From Eledone cirrhosa (Eukaryota): a stretch of DNA of 64,000 nucleotides. The DNA is taken from NCBI GenBank assembly GCA_964016885.1, contig CAXHJY010001286.1, positions 82,041-146,040 on the forward strand, given 5' to 3'. A program made the position numbers and the translations under genes. Below the pieces are notes generated by a model. That model was given only the letters and a program-made list of their open reading frames with translations, was not told the DNA's origin and ran no database searches. Positions 61,130 through 64,000 of the stretch are shown here, one piece after another (position 1 is the first letter of the stretch; each line of letters starts with the position of its first letter).

Positions 61130-61940
61130 GTGCGTGCTTGTCTGTGTATACGTGTGTATGAATGTATATGTGTGTGTATACGTGTGTATGAATGTATATG
61201 TGTGTGCATGCTTGTCTGTGTATACGTGTGCATGAATGTATATGTGTGTGTACCTGTTTGTCTGTGTATACGTGTGTATGAATGTATATGTGTGTGCATG
61301 CTTATCTGTGTATACGTGTGTATGAATGTATATGTGTGTGTACCTGTTTGTCTGTGTATACGTGTGTATGAATGTATATGTGTGTGCATGCTTATCTGTG
61401 TATACGTGTGTATGAATGTATGTGTGTGCATGCTTGTCTGTGTATACGTGTGTATGAATGTATATGTGTGTGCATGCTTGTCTGTGTATACGTGTGTACG
61501 AATGTATGTGTGTGCATGCTTGTCTGTGTATACGTGTGTATGAATGTATGTGTGTGCATGCTTGTCTGTGTATACGTGTGTATGAATGTATATGTGTGTG
61601 TACCTGTTTGTCTGTGTATACGTGTGTATGAATGTATGTGTGTGTGTACCTGTTTGTCTGTGTGTACGTGTGCATGAATGTATATGTGTGTGCATGCTTG
61701 TCTGTGTATACGTGTGTATGAATGTATATGTGTGTGTACCTGTTTGTCTGTGTATACGTGTGCATGAATGTATATGTGTGTGCATGCTTGTCTGTGTATA
61801 CGTGTGCATGAATGTATATGTGTGTGTGTACCTGTTTGTCTGTGTATACGTGTGTATGAATGTATATGTGTGTGTGTACCTGTTTGTCTGTATATACGTG
61901 TGTATGAATGTATATGTGTGTGTGTACCTGTTTGTGTGTG
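61130..61940. repeat. TG-derived minisatellite, ~38-46 bp units
   Basis: Alternating gcatgcttgtctg / gtacctgtttgtctg variants of tgtatacgtgtgtatgaatgtatatgtgtgt, ~19 units. Confidence 0.9.
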
Positions 61941-62199
61941 TGTGGAGGGAGAGTGTAAAAATGATTAAATTCCTGTGGATTCCAATTACAATTTCTAATT
62001 CGATATGTTGTAATTACAGAGAAGTACAATTATTTGTAATAGAGATGCTAAAGAAATGGTTACGATGACAATGATAACAACAACAACAACAACAATAACA
62101 ACGATAACAACAACAACGATAACAGTAACAGCAACAACAATAACAATAAGAGCAACAATAGCAGTAACAGCAACAACTATAACAACAACAACAATGATA

Positions 62200-62378
62200 A
62201 CCAAGGCCAACAGTTTCTGGAGAGGGTTAAGTCTATTTAATTGACCCCAGTACATTACTGGTACTTTATTTTATCGACTCCGCAAGAATGAAAGGCAAAG
62301 CTAACCTCAGAGAGATTTGAACTCAGAACGTAAAGGGTCGTAACTCTATGCTGACAAACATGTTGTCCGACGGTCTAC
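62200..62378 (-). mobile_element. SINE family A, long variant
   Basis: gaccccagtacattactggtactttattttatcgac...gatttgaactcagaacgtaaagg. Confidence 0.85.
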
Positions 62379-62830
62379 TAATAATAACGGCCATCCAATA
62401 TGAGTAGACGGAAATCGTAGGACTTTGTTGACAATATGTCTAGAAGGGCGTGGATGGATCTGTCGTCTTTGCCTCTCCAACAAGACCTTTGAAGATAAAT
62501 GCCAATCTCTTTATTAACACATTGGCCAAAGTCTTGAACTCTGTATTTAGCGGAGTTACGTGCCAGAAGTTCCTTATGTGGTCCTTCTAGTTTGGGTTCT
62601 TTCTCAGCTGTGCCACCATTGCTCGGATCACAGAACTTCCAATTTGTCCGTTCTGTTGTTGTCAATTGGTGTAGACATTCACCAAGATGTCACCGAACAA
62701 TTCTGGTATGTAAACGTAAAGCTCGTAGTGTAGCCCATCCAAACCCGGTACTTTACACCCTCTACTGCCATCTGTTGCCTCATGTATTTCATGGGTTGTT
62801 ATAGATCCTTCACTGCACTGTCCCTCTGTT
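62378..62830 (-). mobile_element. Decayed RTE-like LINE 3' end
   Basis: Minus strand remnants resembling LR...WFGHLVRM, EVLxSE, LQRSCWR; ends ggatggccg(tta)n. Confidence 0.45.
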
Positions 62831-63016
62831 GCCCAGAGTCGCGGTACTCCGTCAAGGTAGCCCCTACGATGTGTTCCACCACTCGTCTCTAAGAGTTTAG
62901 AGAAATGCTAATAATTTCTACGCCCTACTTTCCTTAAATATAAAGTACTAAGTTGACTAATGGTCTTACTAGTCTTAATTAATAACAACTCATATATATA
63001 AAGTATACAAATACAC

Positions 63017-63055
<39 letters not shown>

Positions 63056-63193
63056 TACATATATACATTCATGTATAAGTGCTTAGCAATTAGAAACCCA
63101 AAAAGCAACGTTCTGTGATAAAATGATAGTTTTTTTTTCTTTCTTACTTTCATATATGGAGATATAGATATATATAGATATAGATATACGTAT

Positions 63194-63328
<135 letters not shown>

Positions 63329-63694
63329 CCTGTGAGTTCATCCATAAGTAATGTTCAGAATCCATCACGATTTAAAAGGACAGAAAAATGACTAAAATTA
63401 TATTCTGAATGTATATTTTCTATTGCCAGTAATGATGGAACGCAATGTCAGCTGAATAGCTTTTCAATGTTTTGTTTATAAATTTGCTTTCCTTGTCGTG
63501 GTATCAACTTATAAAATGTAGGTCAGCTACATCAGAACTGCCAGTTCAAGTTCATGAGATGTAGTATAGAAATATTGAAAAATAAAATTAGTGGATTGTA
63601 TTGGAAAGAAGCTGAAAATTAAAATGTCTCTCAAATTAAAATATGGCTACACCCATCTCCCCAGCGATTTTGAGGATTTATATTCATCTGTTTG

Positions 63695-63872
63695 TACTGG
63701 ACGCCAGTCCATCGCAGGATTAAACCTCCGGCTATCACTGGTACTTATTTTCAGACTAATATACTGGAAAAGCGTGAAATAAAGTGTTTTTCTCAATTTC
63801 TCAATGACACAGCACACAACGCAAACCAAAATCGAACCCACGACATTATGATCGTATGTCCAACACTCTTAC
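63695..63872 (-). mobile_element. SINE family B with V/Meta-domain-like motif
   Basis: Minus strand gggttcgatt (B box), cactttatttcacg, cctgcgatggactggcgtcc. Confidence 0.65.
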
Positions 63873-64000
63873 TCGTAGACCATGAGCATCCACTAAAACG
63901 TTTATACCACCAATATTTAAATATTTTTAATTCATTTAAATTCTTAGTTCCATCATAAAAATGTTAATTTTATTCAAGTCACCTATTGAAATAAAATTCT

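Overview
AT-rich eukaryotic non-coding DNA (large intron or intergenic region) saturated with microsatellites ((TA)n, (TG)n, (GA)n, (TTG)n, (GGT)n) and derived minisatellites. The SINE families resemble those I recall from octopus genomes (inference, not checked). No intact host protein-coding gene is supported, and almost all listed ORFs are repeat translations. Real content: at least three tRNA-derived SINE families; truncated LINEs (R4/Dong REL-endonuclease end, L1/Tx1-like end, RTE remnants including an internally deleted 5'+3' RTE derivative with a C2H2 finger); decayed Tc1, Helitron-helicase, CRE-like and Penelope GIY-YIG fragments; and a 100-bp Tc1/mariner MITE. Highlights: (1) a ~255-bp (TA)n-anchored element family carrying a complete type I hammerhead ribozyme with palindromic helix III (4 intact copies, partly in inverted pairs), plus several unrelated (TA)n-anchored families with the same fold-back architecture, suggesting a Penelope-driven non-autonomous system; (2) a ~515-bp palindromic element (2 copies) holding two convergent tRNA-type Pol III promoters with oligo-T runs; (3) a tandem array of nine ~45-bp self-complementary units; (4) three different retroelements chained through one (TAA)n tract.
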